A stretch of DNA of 64,000 bases from Octopus sinensis (lineage: Eukaryota): contig NC_043003.1 of assembly GCF_006345805.1 (NCBI RefSeq), positions 18,042,001 to 18,106,000 on the forward strand. The letters run 5' to 3'. This document shows, one piece after another, positions 12,033 through 26,147 of this stretch. The position numbers were made by a program, and so were the translations under genes. The notes under the pieces are model-generated. The model was not told the origin of the DNA. It ran no database searches and saw only the letters and a program-made list of their open reading frames with translations. Position 1 is the stretch's first letter, and each line of letters starts with the position of its first letter.

Positions 12033-12583
12033 AATAGACGGGAGCAATTTAAAATGAATTTCATTGCTCAAGGGTGCATCGCGCTGCTCGGTCCCGATAT
12101 TGAACGCACGACCTTGTGATCGTAAACCGAACACTCTAACCACCTAGTCTTGATATCGTTTTATTACTGTTCGATTTGAATTTGTCTCTGGTCACTGAAT
12201 ATTGATTTTAATTGATCAGCATTGAGTGGGCCATAAACTATGTATCTAAAACATTATTTGCCGCGACAGAGGAAAATATTTGTACGTTATTGATTCATAC
12301 GATAAAATTATATTTAAACGCAATAAATTTCAAAGTTCGTATCCGTGTATGTGTGTCGGAAAGCGAGGGAGGAAGAGAGGGGGTGACAATGGGGGGGGGA
12401 GACAGACAGACAGAGAGTTAGAAAGCGAGGGAGAAAAAGGAAGTAAAAAATAGGAGAGAAAGATAGAGCTTTGAATTTATTTGATTTTACCTTTTTAAAT
12501 AAGGTTTTCAGGTTTGTTTTGTTTCGTTTTTCATTGGGTTTTTTTAATGAAAAGAACCCAATGTCGTTAGCTCGGCGTTCCCT

Positions 12584-12770
12584 GCCTGTGTGGTAAGTAG
12601 CTTGCTTACCAACCACATGGTTCCGGGTTGAGTCCCACTGCGTGGAACCTTGGGCAAGTGTATTCTACTATAGCCTCAGGCCGACCAAAGCCTTGTGAGT
12701 GGATTTGGTAGACGGAAATTGAAAGAAGCCCGTCGTATATATGTATATATATATATATATGTGTGTGTGT

Positions 12771-12809
<39 letters not shown>

Positions 12810-13066
12810 ATGAGTGTGTGTGTGTGTATGTATGTGTGTGTGTGCGTGTGTGTGAGTATGTATGTGTGTGTGTGCTTGTCACCCCCCAACATCGCTTAAA
12901 AACCGATGCTGGTGTGTTTACGTCCCCGTAACTTAGCAGCTCGGCAAAAATGACCAATAGAATAACTACTAGGCTTACAAAGAATAAGTCCTGGGTGTCG
13001 ATTTGCTCGACTAATGGCGGTGCTCCAGCATGGCCACAGTCAAATGACTGAAACAAGTAAAAGAGT
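12584..13066 (+). mobile_element. SINE family D
   Basis: Head gtgtggtaagtagcttgcttacc, internal microsatellite and tail cagtcaaatgactgaaacaag. Confidence 0.85.
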
Positions 13067-13560
13067 AAACGTTTTGTTCTTGAAATATGTTCCATGTCTC
13101 AAGGAAGCTTTGCATAAAAATGATTTCATATCTTCATTTTTAACTTGTTTCAGTTTTTTTGGACTGCGGCTATACTGGGGCACCGCATTGGAGAGTTTAG
13201 TCAAACAAGTCGACCCCAGTTCTTATTTTTTAAGTCTGATACTTATTCTACTAGTCACTTTTTGCTGAACCGCTATGTCACGGGGACGTAAACGAAGCAA
13301 GCGAAGTTTGGGGAACGCAAACACACACACACAAGTATCTATATGTATATCTATATATCTATATGTATATGTATATTATAAATGTATATGCATATATATA
13401 TATATATATATATATGTTATGTATGTATATGCTCATAAGTGTGTGTGTGTGCGTAGTCAATTAAAAAACACAGAGAAAAGAAAAAGAAAAAACAAAGGAA
13501 CGTATAGGCGTAGCACAAGCAATGTATTAATAAGACGCTCTGAGAAAGACAAGAGCAGTA

Positions 13561-13595
13561 GTTTTACGTTTCGAGCATAGCTTTTCTTCGGAAAC
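13561..13595 (-). ncRNA. Minimal hammerhead-like motif, CCGAAGA(A) core
   Basis: Minus strand GTTT-CCGAAGA-A-AAGC(tat)GCTC-GAAA-CGT-A-AAAC. It lies in a repeat (13500-13640) homologous to 27800-27990 and loosely to 15410-15580. Confidence 0.55.
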
Positions 13596-13728
13596 AGGGA
13601 AAACAGGAAAGTCCAAGACGAAGGAGGGATAAAAATCGCCAACAATCACGTACACACACATACATACACACACATACACACACATACACACACACATACA
13701 CATACACACAAATACACACACACATACA

Positions 13729-13767
<39 letters not shown>

Positions 13768-14328
13768 ACACATACACACACACACTCACACATACATACA
13801 CATAAGACGGGTTCTTTCAGATTCCGTCTATCAGATTCATTCGCAAGGCTTTGATCGACCCGAGGGCTATAATGGACATTTTCTCAAAGTGTCACGCAAT
13901 AGAACTGAATCTAAGGCCATATGGTCGGAAAGGTCGAGAGACTCATATGGCACTATGTACTTGTTCTTGTGATGTTCAAAGTGCTTAATTCTTACCTGTA
14001 ATCACCTGATGAAAACAGTATTTTTTTTTTTTTTTGCAAGATGTTACACTTCTGTTTATCAATATAAAAAATCACTTCAGAAATAGCTGCAGTGAACTAC
14101 AATGCATCCTATGCTATTTGTCTATCCTTCATCTACCTCGAAACCTGCAATTCGTTTGGATTTAGAGTCGATAGACGATGGTACAATAGGTGCAGCGAGT
14201 GTACCCATGTGTGACATCGATGATTTGTTATGTACTCAGTCAGCCATTTGTGAATGCATACATAACCGAATACAAATCCGGGTTTACTTTAGTAACTACG
14301 AATTTGTTTGAATATCGTTTGTATACGA

Positions 14329-14363
<35 letters not shown>

Positions 14364-14559
14364 TGGGTGGAGATGTATTGTCTATTTTCAGTGTAACCGA
14401 CTTTGGCCAGAGCAGCGACTATAATAGAAGGCGTTATGTAATAACATTTTTATTAGCAGATAGTTTAATGATTTAGTATGAAACACACTAGATTTGTTGG
14501 CTACATACGGATGATTAAAGTTACAGCCAATGTAGTGTAGATTCTAGACGTAGTGTAGG

Positions 14560-14960
14560 TTCTCTGGAGGTTTATGATAAGTTTGGCATACACCTGGGCT
14601 TAGATCTTGCTATACATCTAGAAAAATCGAGGTTTTAGAGTTAACACCCAACGAAATGTGTCTCAAATTTTTAAAGAATTTAATAAGTTTCTTTCTATAT
14701 CTAACTCTACGCCGTTTAACTTAAATAAAGAGAACAGAATCTCTTCGGGAGTTTCTATTACAATGGGTATTAACTATAGAAGTGTAAATTTCCTTCATGT
14801 AGCGCTTGATCTTAATGCAGGCCTATATCAAACTTACAATAAATTAAATGGCAATCAACACCATGTTAGCCATAACTCTAACCATCCAAATTCAGTCATC
14901 AACATCTATACTCAGGGATGTCTCGTACAGAATCTCTAAACTATCTCGCAATACAAAGCA
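14560..14960 (+). mobile_element. Degenerate PLE RT thumb fragment (second PLE lineage)
   Basis: SITMGINYRSVNFLHVALDLNAGLYQTYNKLNGNQHHVSHNSNHPNSVI..RDVSYRISKLSRN resembles the PLE VNFLDV..L..G.Y.PY.KPN......SNHP motif. Confidence 0.6.
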
Positions 14961-14968
14961 CAGTCTAC

Positions 14969-15010
<42 letters not shown>

Positions 15011-15617
15011 TTTACCGTTTACTTGCTTCATTTATTGGACTACTGCAGCCATACTGGAGCACCACTTGAAGGGTTTTAATTGAACGAATTGACTCCAGTA
15101 TTAATATTTCAAAGCCAGTTACCCATTCTATCGGGTTCTTTTACCAAACTACTAGCTTACGTGAACGTAAACAAACCAAACGGTAGTGGGAACACACGCA
15201 CACACATACACACACACACAGATATATGTGGGGGCCTGCGTGTGTGTTTTCATATTTGATTTATTATCCGTTATAATAAAAACAATTTTACATTAATGTG
15301 ATAGACTAATAAGGACTTATGTAGAGTACAAATCTAGATGCTGGCCTAACCTTCGAAAGGACTGGATTGTCAGCAACATTCTTGTTTAAGAATTGTATAT
15401 ATATATATGGAGAATTCACAAAAAAAAAACCGAAGTCAGGTGGTGTAGACAACAAACAGATATATTAGTATAACGCCCGGGAAGTGAAAAAGTCCTTAAC
15501 GCTTCGAGCCTACGCTCTTCCACAGAAAGGAACACAGAAAGAAACAAGGAGAGAAAATAAAGAATGTAGTGGCTTGCGATCTATCATGACCATATACATA
15601 CATACATACATATATAA

Positions 15618-15703
<86 letters not shown>

Positions 15704-16050
15704 ATAATATATATATTATATATATATAAACATTATTGGTGAATTGAAGAAATGGAGCTGAACGCAGATTGAACAGAAATCGTTTATTTCATTCTACACG
15801 TGTTTCGAAAGGCACAAATTACCAAAATCCTGTTTACTGCTGTGATTTTTGCTACTAAGGTATCGGTTAAACTTTTGATTAATCTACTACAAAGATTATT
15901 CATCTTTCTATTCACATTATATATATATAATATATATATATAATATATATATATATATTTATATTATATATATATATATATATAATATATATTATATATA
16001 TATATATATATTTATTTATATGTGTATATTTATAATGTATATTATAATTT

Positions 16051-16742
16051 CTGACCAAGACCACAAAAATGAAGATCTACCAGGCATGTGTACTCAGCAC
16101 TCTAGTGTATGGAAGCGAGACCTGGACGCTATACACACTCCAAGAGCGTCGCCTAAACATCTTTTACCTGCGCTGCCTCCGAAAAATCCTCCACATCAAA
16201 TGGCAGAATCATATCCCCACAAAGATGTCCTCAGGCAAGCAGGAATACCAAAGCATGTTTGCACTCCTCACACAAGACGTATGAGATGGCTTGGGCATGT
16301 TAGCCGTATGAAAGATGGCAGAATCCCAAGGACATACTCTACGGAGAGCTTGCTAGGGGTACTAGGTCTGTGGGTAGACCGATCCTACGTTACAAGGATG
16401 TTTGCAAAAGGGATATGAAGGCCTGCAACATCAACATAGCAGTTGGGAGGCAGTCGCCGGCAACCGTGGAGAATGGCGACGTACAGTAAAAGAGGGTATA
16501 CAGAGGAGTGGACAGAAAGAGGAGAGAAATGGAAAGAAAGAAGAGACATAAACAAGAGACCATGGCACTACAACCGCCAGCCAGGAACAGTCTCCGCTAC
16601 ATTTGCAGTACCTGCCAGAGGGAGTGTTTGCCACAGCAGAAATGTAACAGGAAATAAAATATAACAGCCGGACTAGACCTAGAAAAAAAAAAAAAAAAAA
16701 ATCCGCAACTCATTGTCTCCCGAGACAGAAAGTGCCAATACA

Positions 16743-16745
<3 letters not shown>
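16051..16745 (+). mobile_element. RTE-clade LINE 3' fragment
   Basis: KMKIYQACVLSTLVYGSETWT..ERRLNIFYLRCLRKIL, RMRWLGHVSRMKDGRIP and GRP.LRYKDVCKRDMK, with frameshifts. Confidence 0.9.
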
Positions 16746-16765
<20 letters not shown>

Positions 16766-16773
<8 letters not shown>

Positions 16774-16869
16774 AATTGAAGAATTGAGTTGAACGAAGAT
16801 TGAACAGAAATCGTTTAAAACGATTTCTGTTCAATCTTCGTTCAACTCCATTTCTTCAATTCAATAATA
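16766..16869. repeat. ~50-bp-arm palindrome at the end of a dispersed repeat (related copy 15730-15920)
   Basis: tattattgaattgaag...aaatcgttt-a-aaacgattt...cttcaattcaataata, centred on 16817. Confidence 0.85.
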
Positions 16870-17023
16870 ATATTAAAATTCATTATCCGCACCAACGCAC
16901 GGTTGCAACACCATATGGTTGTACCTCCAACCGTGCTGTCTTCTGCTGTGATTTTTGCTACCAAGGTATCGGTTAAACTTTTGATTAATCTGCAACAAGA
17001 TTATTCATCTTTCTATTTCACAT

Positions 17024-17097
<74 letters not shown>

Positions 17098-17180
17098 ATA
17101 TATGTATTGTATATTATATATGTATATTTTATATATGTATATATATATATATATTAATATATATATATATATTATATATA

Positions 17181-17220
<40 letters not shown>

Positions 17221-17616
17221 AGAGAGAGAGAGAGAAATGGTAAATGAAAGACGGAAGATGGAATGTATGGGAATTTATTATTAATAACGACAATTGTTTC
17301 GACACATCCAGAATCGATACCTCATGGGTAGGACAGATGTGCCTCATCGTGTGACAAACTCGTTAAACTAACAGTTCCGCAATGTATCTTCTCATTTTGA
17401 AGAAAGAAAAGCACCAAAACGAAGTAAATATCTTCATTTACATAGAAGATCAAAAATATAATCACAGATGCAAAATTGAAATGAACACGCAATACAGCAA
17501 GGAAAGTATTTATATATATATATATATATGGCCGTTTTAGCAACATTATACTCCCCAGGACAAATGAACGAACTAGGCTCTGTGGTATTTACCTATTGAT
17601 AACAAGCCACAACATA

Positions 17617-18109
17617 CCGTAAATCCTCAAATATAGTCCGCCCTTGAGTATAATACGTAGGGGATTTTTAGGGGGCTGTACTTCTGAAAAACCTAAACCT
17701 TGTGTATAATTCGCACCCCTTCTCTAACTTGAGTCGTGCGTAATTAAGCCAGCAGCACCCAGAATAATGGTGTTCTTAACTGTTATATGGGAATGTAAAT
17801 ATGTTTGCAAATTGATTTTTTTTTTTTACATGTTATTCTGTGTTCTGAATACTTTTATTTTAATAAATGTTGCTTACTGCAAGTTATGGATGATTATTTT
17901 ATGACTTCATTGCTTTCAGGCTTAGCTTAAGGTATTTTCGCACCCAACATCACAAAATGCATCTAAATAAATATTGCCGGACAGCAAATATAGAGTCGGA
18001 CCTTGCTGAGAAAATATTTTTCATTTTTAACCTCGTATATAGTACGCACTAGGGATTTTGACCTTTAAATTTTGGGGAAAAAATGCGGATTATACTCGAA
18101 GATTTACGG
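17617..18109. mobile_element. Tc1/mariner (Tc2/pogo-like) MITE; inverted second copy at 60560-61069
   Basis: TIRs CCGTAAATCCTC.A.TATA / TATACTCGAAGATTTACGG with TA at one flank. The interior is highly similar to the reverse complement of 60560-61069. Confidence 0.85.
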
Positions 18110-18620
18110 TGGATGGATTAGAATTGGGGCCCGAAAACCTTGAGACCTGTAGGCGACAGCGTAGGGTACTTATGTCTTAAGAGAGTAGTGTATATATATA
18201 CGTTAGCTGTATCAGATACTTTATGTGCGTGTGTGTGGTAAAATGTAGTTTTCGTTTTGCTTTTTTTTTTCTAAACATACATAAATATTGTGAATTCGTC
18301 ACCTCACCACCACCTCCAAATCTTCTCTTACCCCACTCTAAACCCTCTCTTAAGCCTCCCTTGTTATTTACAAATCGAACGTTATCGTTTCAAATAAACA
18401 TACAAAGCATAAACCCTGTTAGAAACCAACCAATCAATTGCTATTTACGATATGAATTCGTTCAATGAAAAATGAGAATTTTCTTTACTTTATCTTTCTC
18501 TTTCACAGCTGAACTATACACATCCGGTTTCGTATGTTGTCTTTTTTTCTTTCACTGCATTTAAACATACGTTTATTTAGTTGAACAAGATTATTTTTAT
18601 TCATTTTATCATTACCATTA

Positions 18621-18672
<52 letters not shown>

Positions 18673-18698
18673 CATCATTATTATTATTATTATTATCA

Positions 18699-18761
<63 letters not shown>

Positions 18762-18914
18762 TGCTTATCAACTCGCGACTGATTACATTAAACTGTCAGA
18801 AGACAGTTATCTATCAAAGCTTACATGAGCTGATAAGATTATGTAAATCAAAGGAATTATTGTCAATAGCAGTTAAAGATCTATGCTGTCGCTACTGCTG
18901 TTGCTGTTGTTGTT

Positions 18915-19303
18915 GTTGAGCGAAGTGGTCTTCATTCCAGAGCTCACAAGATCGCGCCTCTGTAGTGGGAGAAGTCCGAAACGTGGTCCTTTGCTATTCG
19001 TAAGATCCGCAGAAGAGAAAGCAGGTCAACCCCTGACACCGAGAGCATCGGCGGATGGATGAATGCGCATCCAGGCTCAGCGGTTGCGTAGGAAGGAAGT
19101 CGGGGACAAGAATCAGGAAGAAAGAGTGAGAGAAAGTTGGGGCGAAAGAGTACAACAGGGGTCGCCAACACCCCCTGCCGGAACTTCGTGGAGCTTTAGG
19201 TGTTTTCGCTCAATAAATACACACAACGCCCGGTCTGGGAATCGAAACCGCGATCCTCCGACCGCGAGACCGCTGCCCTAACCATTGGGTCATGGCGCCT
19301 CCA
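18915..19303 (-). mobile_element. SINE family A (tail type 3, ends in (CAA)n)
   Basis: Same head and body as the other A copies, followed by an unrelated ~200-bp tail. Confidence 0.85.
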
Positions 19304-19971
19304 CTTATTGTTGCTGCCGCTGCTGCTTTGCCGATTATCTTTTATCTTCTATATTTTACTTGTTTCAATCATTGAAATGCGGCCATAATGGAGCACTTCC
19401 TGGAAGGGTTTTGGTCGAACAAATGGACTCTAGTACCTTTATTCTATCACTCTCTTTTACCGAACCACTAAGTTGCGGGTATGTTAACAAACCAACACCG
19501 GTTATCAAGCCGTGTGAATGGGGACAAATACAGACACTAAGACACACGCATACACATACGTGTGGGGGTAGGTGGGGTGGGGTGCGGTTGGGTGAGTGTG
19601 TGTGTATGTCTATATGTCTGTGTTTCTCTTCCCCACAATCGGCTGACAACCGATTTTAGTGTGTTTAACTTAGCGGTTCGGCAAAAGACCCCCGATAGAA
19701 TAAGTACTAAACTTAAAAGAATAAGTCCTTGGGTCGATTTCTCCGACTAAAAAAAAAACCTTTAAAGTGCTCCAGCATGACAGTAGTCATGACTGAAATA
19801 AAAGAATACAGGAGCGGCTGTGTGGTAACAAGCTTGCTTCTCAACCACATAATTCCGGGTTCAGTCCCACTGAGTGGCATGGTGGGTAAGTATCTTCTAA
19901 TATAGTGTCGGGCCGACCAAATCCTTGTGAGTGGGTTTGGTAGGCGGGAACTGAAAGAAGCCCATCGTATA

Positions 19972-20020
<49 letters not shown>

Positions 20021-20096
20021 TTGTACCCACCCCCTCACCACTTGATAACCGGTGTTGATGTGTTTACGTCCCTGTAACATAGCAGTTCAGTACAAG

Positions 20097-20358
20097 AGAG
20101 TTGCTGAAGCATGGAACAAACTGCCGGCATCAGTTGTTAGTTGTCGGAGCACTGCATCCTTCAAAACTTCCATGCTTCCTGAGATTCGCCAACACTACAC
20201 TTGATTTTCTCCCCTCCATACACACACAAGCATGTATCTGACTCATACACTGTTCACTTTCCAGACATTTCTACCTTACTGCATGTACTTTATATGCACT
20301 TTCTGACAAGTTGTGGAGCACCTGAGCACTGTATACAATAATTTCATTATTATTATTA
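20097..20358 (+). mobile_element. CR1 LINE extreme 3' end with (ATT)n tail; second copy at 28815-29128 (-)
   Basis: RVAEAWNKLPASVVSCRSTASFKTSMLPEIRQH, then a 3' UTR ending gagcactgtatac..aatttcattattatt. Confidence 0.8.
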
Positions 20359-20602
20359 TATAAGAGGCTCATAGAATAAGTACCAGGCTTAAAAACTAAG
20401 TACCGGGGTCGATTCATTTGGCTAAAAATTCAAAGTGGTGCCCCAGCATGGCCGCATTCTAACGACTGAAACAGGTAAAATAAAAAGAATTACGTATATA
20501 ATTCTATAGGCGTAGGAGTGGCTGTGTGGTAAGTAGGTTGCTTACCAACCACATGGTTCCGGGTTCAGTCTCACAGCGTGGCACCTTGGACAAGTGTCTT
20601 CT

Positions 20603-20832
20603 ACTATATATTTCTTTACTACCCACAAGGGGCTAAACACAGAGGGGACAAACAAGGACAGACAAACGGAATAAGTCGATTACATCGAACCCAGTGCGTA
20701 ACTGGTACTTTATTTATCGACCCCGAAAGGATGAAAGGCAAAGTCGACCTCGGCGGAATATTGAACCCAGAACGTAATGGCAGACGAAATACGGCTAAGC
20801 ATTTCGTCCCGCGTCCTAACGTTTCTGCCAGC
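20603..20832 (-). mobile_element. SINE family C inserted into a family D SINE
   Basis: The D consensus cttctactata|gcctcgggccgacc is split by the reverse complement of the C element. Confidence 0.8.
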
Positions 20833-20994
20833 CTCGGGCCGACCAAAGCCTTGTGAATGGATTTGCTCCAGCATGGCCACAGTCAAATGACTGAAACAAG
20901 TAAAGCGTAAACCCAACAAAACCCTAGCACGAGTTTAGTAGCAACGCAATGCAGGGTAACTTGTAACTGGTTAAGAGTCTAAATGCACCATAGG

Positions 20995-21369
20995 AAGCAC
21001 TCCGTCGGTTACGACGACGAGGGTTCCGGTTGATCCGAATCAACGTAACAGCCTGCTCGTGAAATTAACGTGTAAGTGGCTGAGCACTCCACAGACACGT
21101 GTACCCTTAACGTAATTCTCGGGGATATTCAGCGTGACACAGAGAGTGACCTTTGAAATACAAGTACAACAAAGGAAACAGTGAGAGTAAGTTGAGAGAA
21201 AGTTGTGGGTGAAGAGTACAGCAGGGATCACCACCATCCCCTGCCGGAGCCTCGTGGAGCTTAGGTATTTTCGCTCAATAAACACTCACAACGCCCGGTC
21301 TGGGAATCGAAACCGCGATCCTATGACCGCGAGTTCGCTGCCCTAACCATTGGGCCATTGCGCCTCCAC
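20995..21369 (-). mobile_element. SINE family A (tail type 2)
   Basis: Reverse-complement match to 11460-11847. Confidence 0.88.
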
Positions 21370-21649
21370 AAAGGCACCATATGCACATTAATACTCATTT
21401 GTCTTCGCCAAAAATTGACCGGCCACAGATGTTAGTGACAGTTATAAAAATGCAATTTCTTTTATTTTACGTAGAATTTACTTTCAATCGTATCTTTCCT
21501 TAGCGACCAGCAATAAAAAGGAAAAAAATCTTGTTCTGTTAGATTTGCAAATAATTCAATCTGCTAAATTTTATAACCGAAAAGCTTCTACTGCGAGCGT
21601 ACGTGTGTGTCTGTGTGTGTGTACATGTGTATGAACATATATACATATA

Positions 21650-21757
<108 letters not shown>

Positions 21758-21913
21758 TAGTTAAGGTGTGCTCTGTTAACGTATGAGTACAAATAGAGCT
21801 CGTTCACACTTAGAATTCTCAAATAGTGATTAAAAAGCTACCAAACCATACTTACTCTTCCTTATGGCTCTTTTGCTTTTTACTTTATACATAAATATAT
21901 AGATATTATATAT

Positions 21914-21971
<58 letters not shown>

Positions 21972-22299
21972 TGTATGTATGTATGTATGTATATGACTGT
22001 GTGTATGCGTGTGTGTGTCTGTGTGTGTCTGTGCAAATGTCGAACGATGAGATGTGTACTCAACACCGTGTTGGTGGATAAATATTCTTTGTTTGTGTAT
22101 TAAGGCTACCATCGGTTTCATGCTGAGAAAATAGCTTAACAATTTTTCAAGCCGATCACATAGAGAAGTTGCGTTCGTCTCCATTTTGGATTAAAGCACG
22201 AAAAAAATAGACACACAAACACATAAAAATACGATAGACTCTCCCGTCAGTTTCGATGTATGAGGATCCGGTAAACTACACTTTTTTGTTAGTCATAAT

Positions 22300-22990
22300 G
22301 CTTATGTCGAATGTGACATTTAAGGTCTGCCAATGATTTACAAAGAAGCCTGCAGACATTGCAAGTACGAAGATTACTGGTCAGTGCAGGCGGTGTATTT
22401 GCTGTCGCTTCTCTCCTTAGTCTCTTGCATCACTTTGACATTTTCTTCGCTCCGGGATTGTATGCTCAAAGGTGCTGTGAGCTATATTGACTGCTGAGAG
22501 GTTACTCTTCAGCTTGTCCTTATATCTAAGTTATGGTCGACCAACATTCCTGTGTTCACTGTCAAACTGATTGTACATGAAGACTTTGTGTATTCTTTCG
22601 TCATTCATTCTGACGACACGATCAGCCAAGTACAATTGCGACTGCGCAAGGAAGCTTTCGATTCCACCAATCTTACACTTGCTAAACAGGTCGACATTAG
22701 ACACTCCGTCTTTCAGCATATAACCGCGGATTGTCCTGAGACAGCCTTTGTGGAAGACATTTAGTTGGTTAATGTGTCACTCATAGGTTATCCACGATTC
22801 CGAGCCATACAGGAGAGTAGTAAACATGGAAGCTTTATAGACATGTATTTTGGTGTCAAGTTTAATACCTCTTTAATTCCATAGGCGATGACGTAGTATG
22901 TCAAATGCGCTGGTAGCTGTCGCAAGACAGTTGACGATTTCATCATCAAGGGTTCACTTTACTACCAGGATATGTAAATGATTTCACATA
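22300..22990 (-). mobile_element. Degenerate RTE-clade LINE 3' fragment
   Basis: VVRMNDERIHKVFMY.Q....RNVGRP*LRYKDKLKSNL on the minus strand, with stops and frameshifts. Confidence 0.7.
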
Positions 22991-23021
22991 CTTTAGAGTT
23001 TTCCTATCAATTTGTATAGGA

Positions 23022-23370
23022 ATTTCGTCTGCCGTTACGTTCTAAGTTCAAATTCCGCCGAGGTCGACTTTGCCTTTCATCCTTTCGGGGTCGATTAAAT
23101 AAGTACCAGTTACGCACTGGGGTCGATATAATCGACTTAATTTGTTTGTCCTCTCTGTGTTTAGCCCCTTGTGGGTAGTAAAGAAATAGGTATTTCGTCT
23201 GCTGTTACATTCTGAGTTCAAATCCCGCTGAGGTCGACTTTGCCTTTCATCCTTTCGGGGTCGATAAATAAAGTACCCGTTTCGCACTGGGGTCGATGTA
23301 ATCGACTTAATCCCTTTGTCTGTCCTTGTTTGTCCCCTCTATGTTTAGCCCCCTGTGGGCAATAAAGAAA
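23022..23370 (+). mobile_element. Two tandem 5'-truncated family C SINEs
   Basis: gtcgactttgcctttcatcctttcggggtcgat...gtttagcccc.tgtggg..taaagaaata occurs twice. Confidence 0.85.
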
Positions 23371-24119
23371 TATATATGTATATATCCACATGTGAGTGTC
23401 TTTGTGTCTGTCTCTCAACACCGCTTGACAACTGGTTTGTTTTTGTGCCCGTAACTTAGTGGTTCGGTAATAAGAAACTGCTAGAATAAGTTCCAAACTT
23501 TAAGATAGGTCCTGAGGTCGATTTGTTTGACTGAAAACCTTGAAGGCGGTTCCCATGCACGACCGCAGTTCGATGGCTGAAACAAATAAATTACAAAAGT
23601 ATGGATATAACAAAAATAGGCTGGAGAGTTTTAAATCATAGGTTTAGCCAAACAGAGCTAAGATACATCTAAACAAAAACAACGAACCTAATAATTCTTT
23701 CTGCTAATGGCACAAGGCCAGAAATTTTAAGGAAGGAGACTAAGTTGATTACATCGACCTCAATGCTCAATTGATACTTAATCTGTTGACCCCGTAAGTA
23801 TAAAAGACAAAGCTGACCGCGGCTGAATTTGAACCCAAGACATCAGGAGCCGGAAGAAATATAGCTAAGCATTTTATCCGACTCGCTAACTATTCTGCCA
23901 GCTCGCCGCCTTTTCAATGATGACAATAATCCTTTCCACTATAGGCACAAGGCCTGAAATTTGGGGAGAGGGGTATAATCGATTATATCGACCCCAGTAC
24001 ACAACTGGTACTTATTTCATCGACCCCGAAAGGATGATATGGCAAAGTCGACCTCGACGGAATTAATTAATTAATTAATGGATAGATAGACAGACAAACA
24101 GACAGACAGGCTGACAAGC

Positions 24120-24243
<124 letters not shown>

Positions 24244-24948
24244 CGATTGATAGATGCATAGGTGTGTGAATGGATGAATAGATGATGGTTTTACACCAGT
24301 GACCGTACTCTTACGAGTAAATTCTCTCATCGCCATTTCAGCAAGCACGATGAAAAATACGATTCATTGAAGATCTCTAATTATTTGGACACATGTCTTA
24401 ATACCATCTTCTACATGTCGAAATCATTTTAATAAAAGTCATTGCGCTAGTGGTGTGTTTTCCTCAACACAAAAATATTTTTTAAGGAGTATTTAATGCT
24501 CACAACAGCATCAATGAGATTTCAAAAAGAAAACGAAAAATCACCAAGAATTATGATACTGAGTAATGTCCCTTATACCTGCATCGGTAAATTTTTTTTA
24601 CATATATATACGTCCGTAAAACATACTTGTATATTTTTAGTACCACGCCATCAAATTAAACTGCGTTTCGTGTGTATTTTTTGTAAAATTGAATTTGCCT
24701 GATTAAACCAAGGCGCTTATTTTGTTATTTTACTTCTTTACTGCGAGTGACGTAATAAACATTAAAATAGTGCCTGAAAGTTGGTAAGAAATAATATATT
24801 TAAACACACACACGTACACAAATACACATACATTATAAAAACGGAGTAAAAAGACAAGAATAATATACATACATATACATACACACGTACACAAACACAC
24901 ATACACACATGCACACACACATATACACACATATATATATATATACAT

Positions 24949-24980
<32 letters not shown>

Positions 24981-25707
24981 GTATATATCTGTGTGTGTGT
25001 ATGTACATGTATGTATAATGTTCTTGTCTTTTTACTCGGTTTTTTTAATCAACTATGTACATATCTATATATATATATAATATATATAGATATATATATA
25101 TATAGTTCTAAAATCTATAAGTTGTAACAATACTAGATGCTAACGTTTTTTTGTTTTTGTGGCAAAAAAACAAAACAAAAAACAAAGAAGTGTGTGTGTG
25201 TGTGTGTGTGTGTCTGTCTGTCTGTCTGTCTGTCTGTCTGCTTGTCTGTCTGTCTCCTTCCCCCCCACACCATCGCTTGATAACCAATGTTGGTGTGTTT
25301 ACGTCCCCGTAACTTAGCGGTTCGACAATAGACAGCGATAGAATAAGTACTAGGCTTACAAAGAATAAGTCCTGGGGTCGATTTGCTCGACTAAAGGCGG
25401 TGCTGCAGCATGGCCACAGTCAAATGACTGAAACAAGTAAAAGAGTAAAAAGAGAGAGAATTTTTTTTTCTTAACATGAAATGGTTATGTGGATCCAGGA
25501 GGGTGAAATAGGAATCAAAGATATCCACGAGCAAAAACTGATTGAGAACTACTGGTTTAACTCTTTGCCTGTTCTGTGTATTATATGTGGTACACACGAC
25601 ATATTTCCTGGCATCGTGCATTATGTGATACACATTCCCAACTTTTTTCAACACTGTACGTGGTAGAAATTTTGTTTCAATTTCAGAGCAGTATTCAAAC
25701 CAGATGT

Positions 25708-25952
25708 GGGGGCGCGTGGCTTAGTGGTTAGGGCGTCAGCATCATGATCGTAACATTGTGATTTCGATTTCTCGACAGGGCGATGCATTGTGTTCTTGAG
25801 CAAAACTCTTCATTTCACGTTGCTCCAGTCCACTCAGCTGGCAAAAATGAGTGACGCTGTGATGGACTGGCGTCCCGTCCAGCTGGGGAACATACGCCAT
25901 AGAAACCGGGAAACTGGGCCCATAGCCTGGCTAGGCTTTAAAAGGGCGTATT
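25708..25952 (+). mobile_element. tRNA-derived SINE family B (shares tail type 1 with family A); copy at 58484-58727
   Basis: Head ggcgcgtggcttagtggttagggcgtcagc...gtttcgatt and tail gatggactggcgtcccgtccagc...gagcctggctagg. Confidence 0.85.
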
Positions 25953-26076
25953 TATAATTTTTTTTTTATTCTACCAGATATGAGTTTTAAGACATGAGTA
26001 AACTATGATCGACATCTCTTTCTTTTTTTTCTTTGGTTGGCTTCTTTTTGTTTCATTTTTTGTTGTTTTTTTCTTG

Positions 26077-26147
<71 letters not shown>

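Noticed and set aside
13036-13062. SINE D tail agtcaaatgactgaaacaagta resembles the 3' half of the 1841 hammerhead
   Set aside because: There is no core 5' strand or stem I, and stem III is not palindromic. It is better explained as the LINE-derived 3' hairpin.
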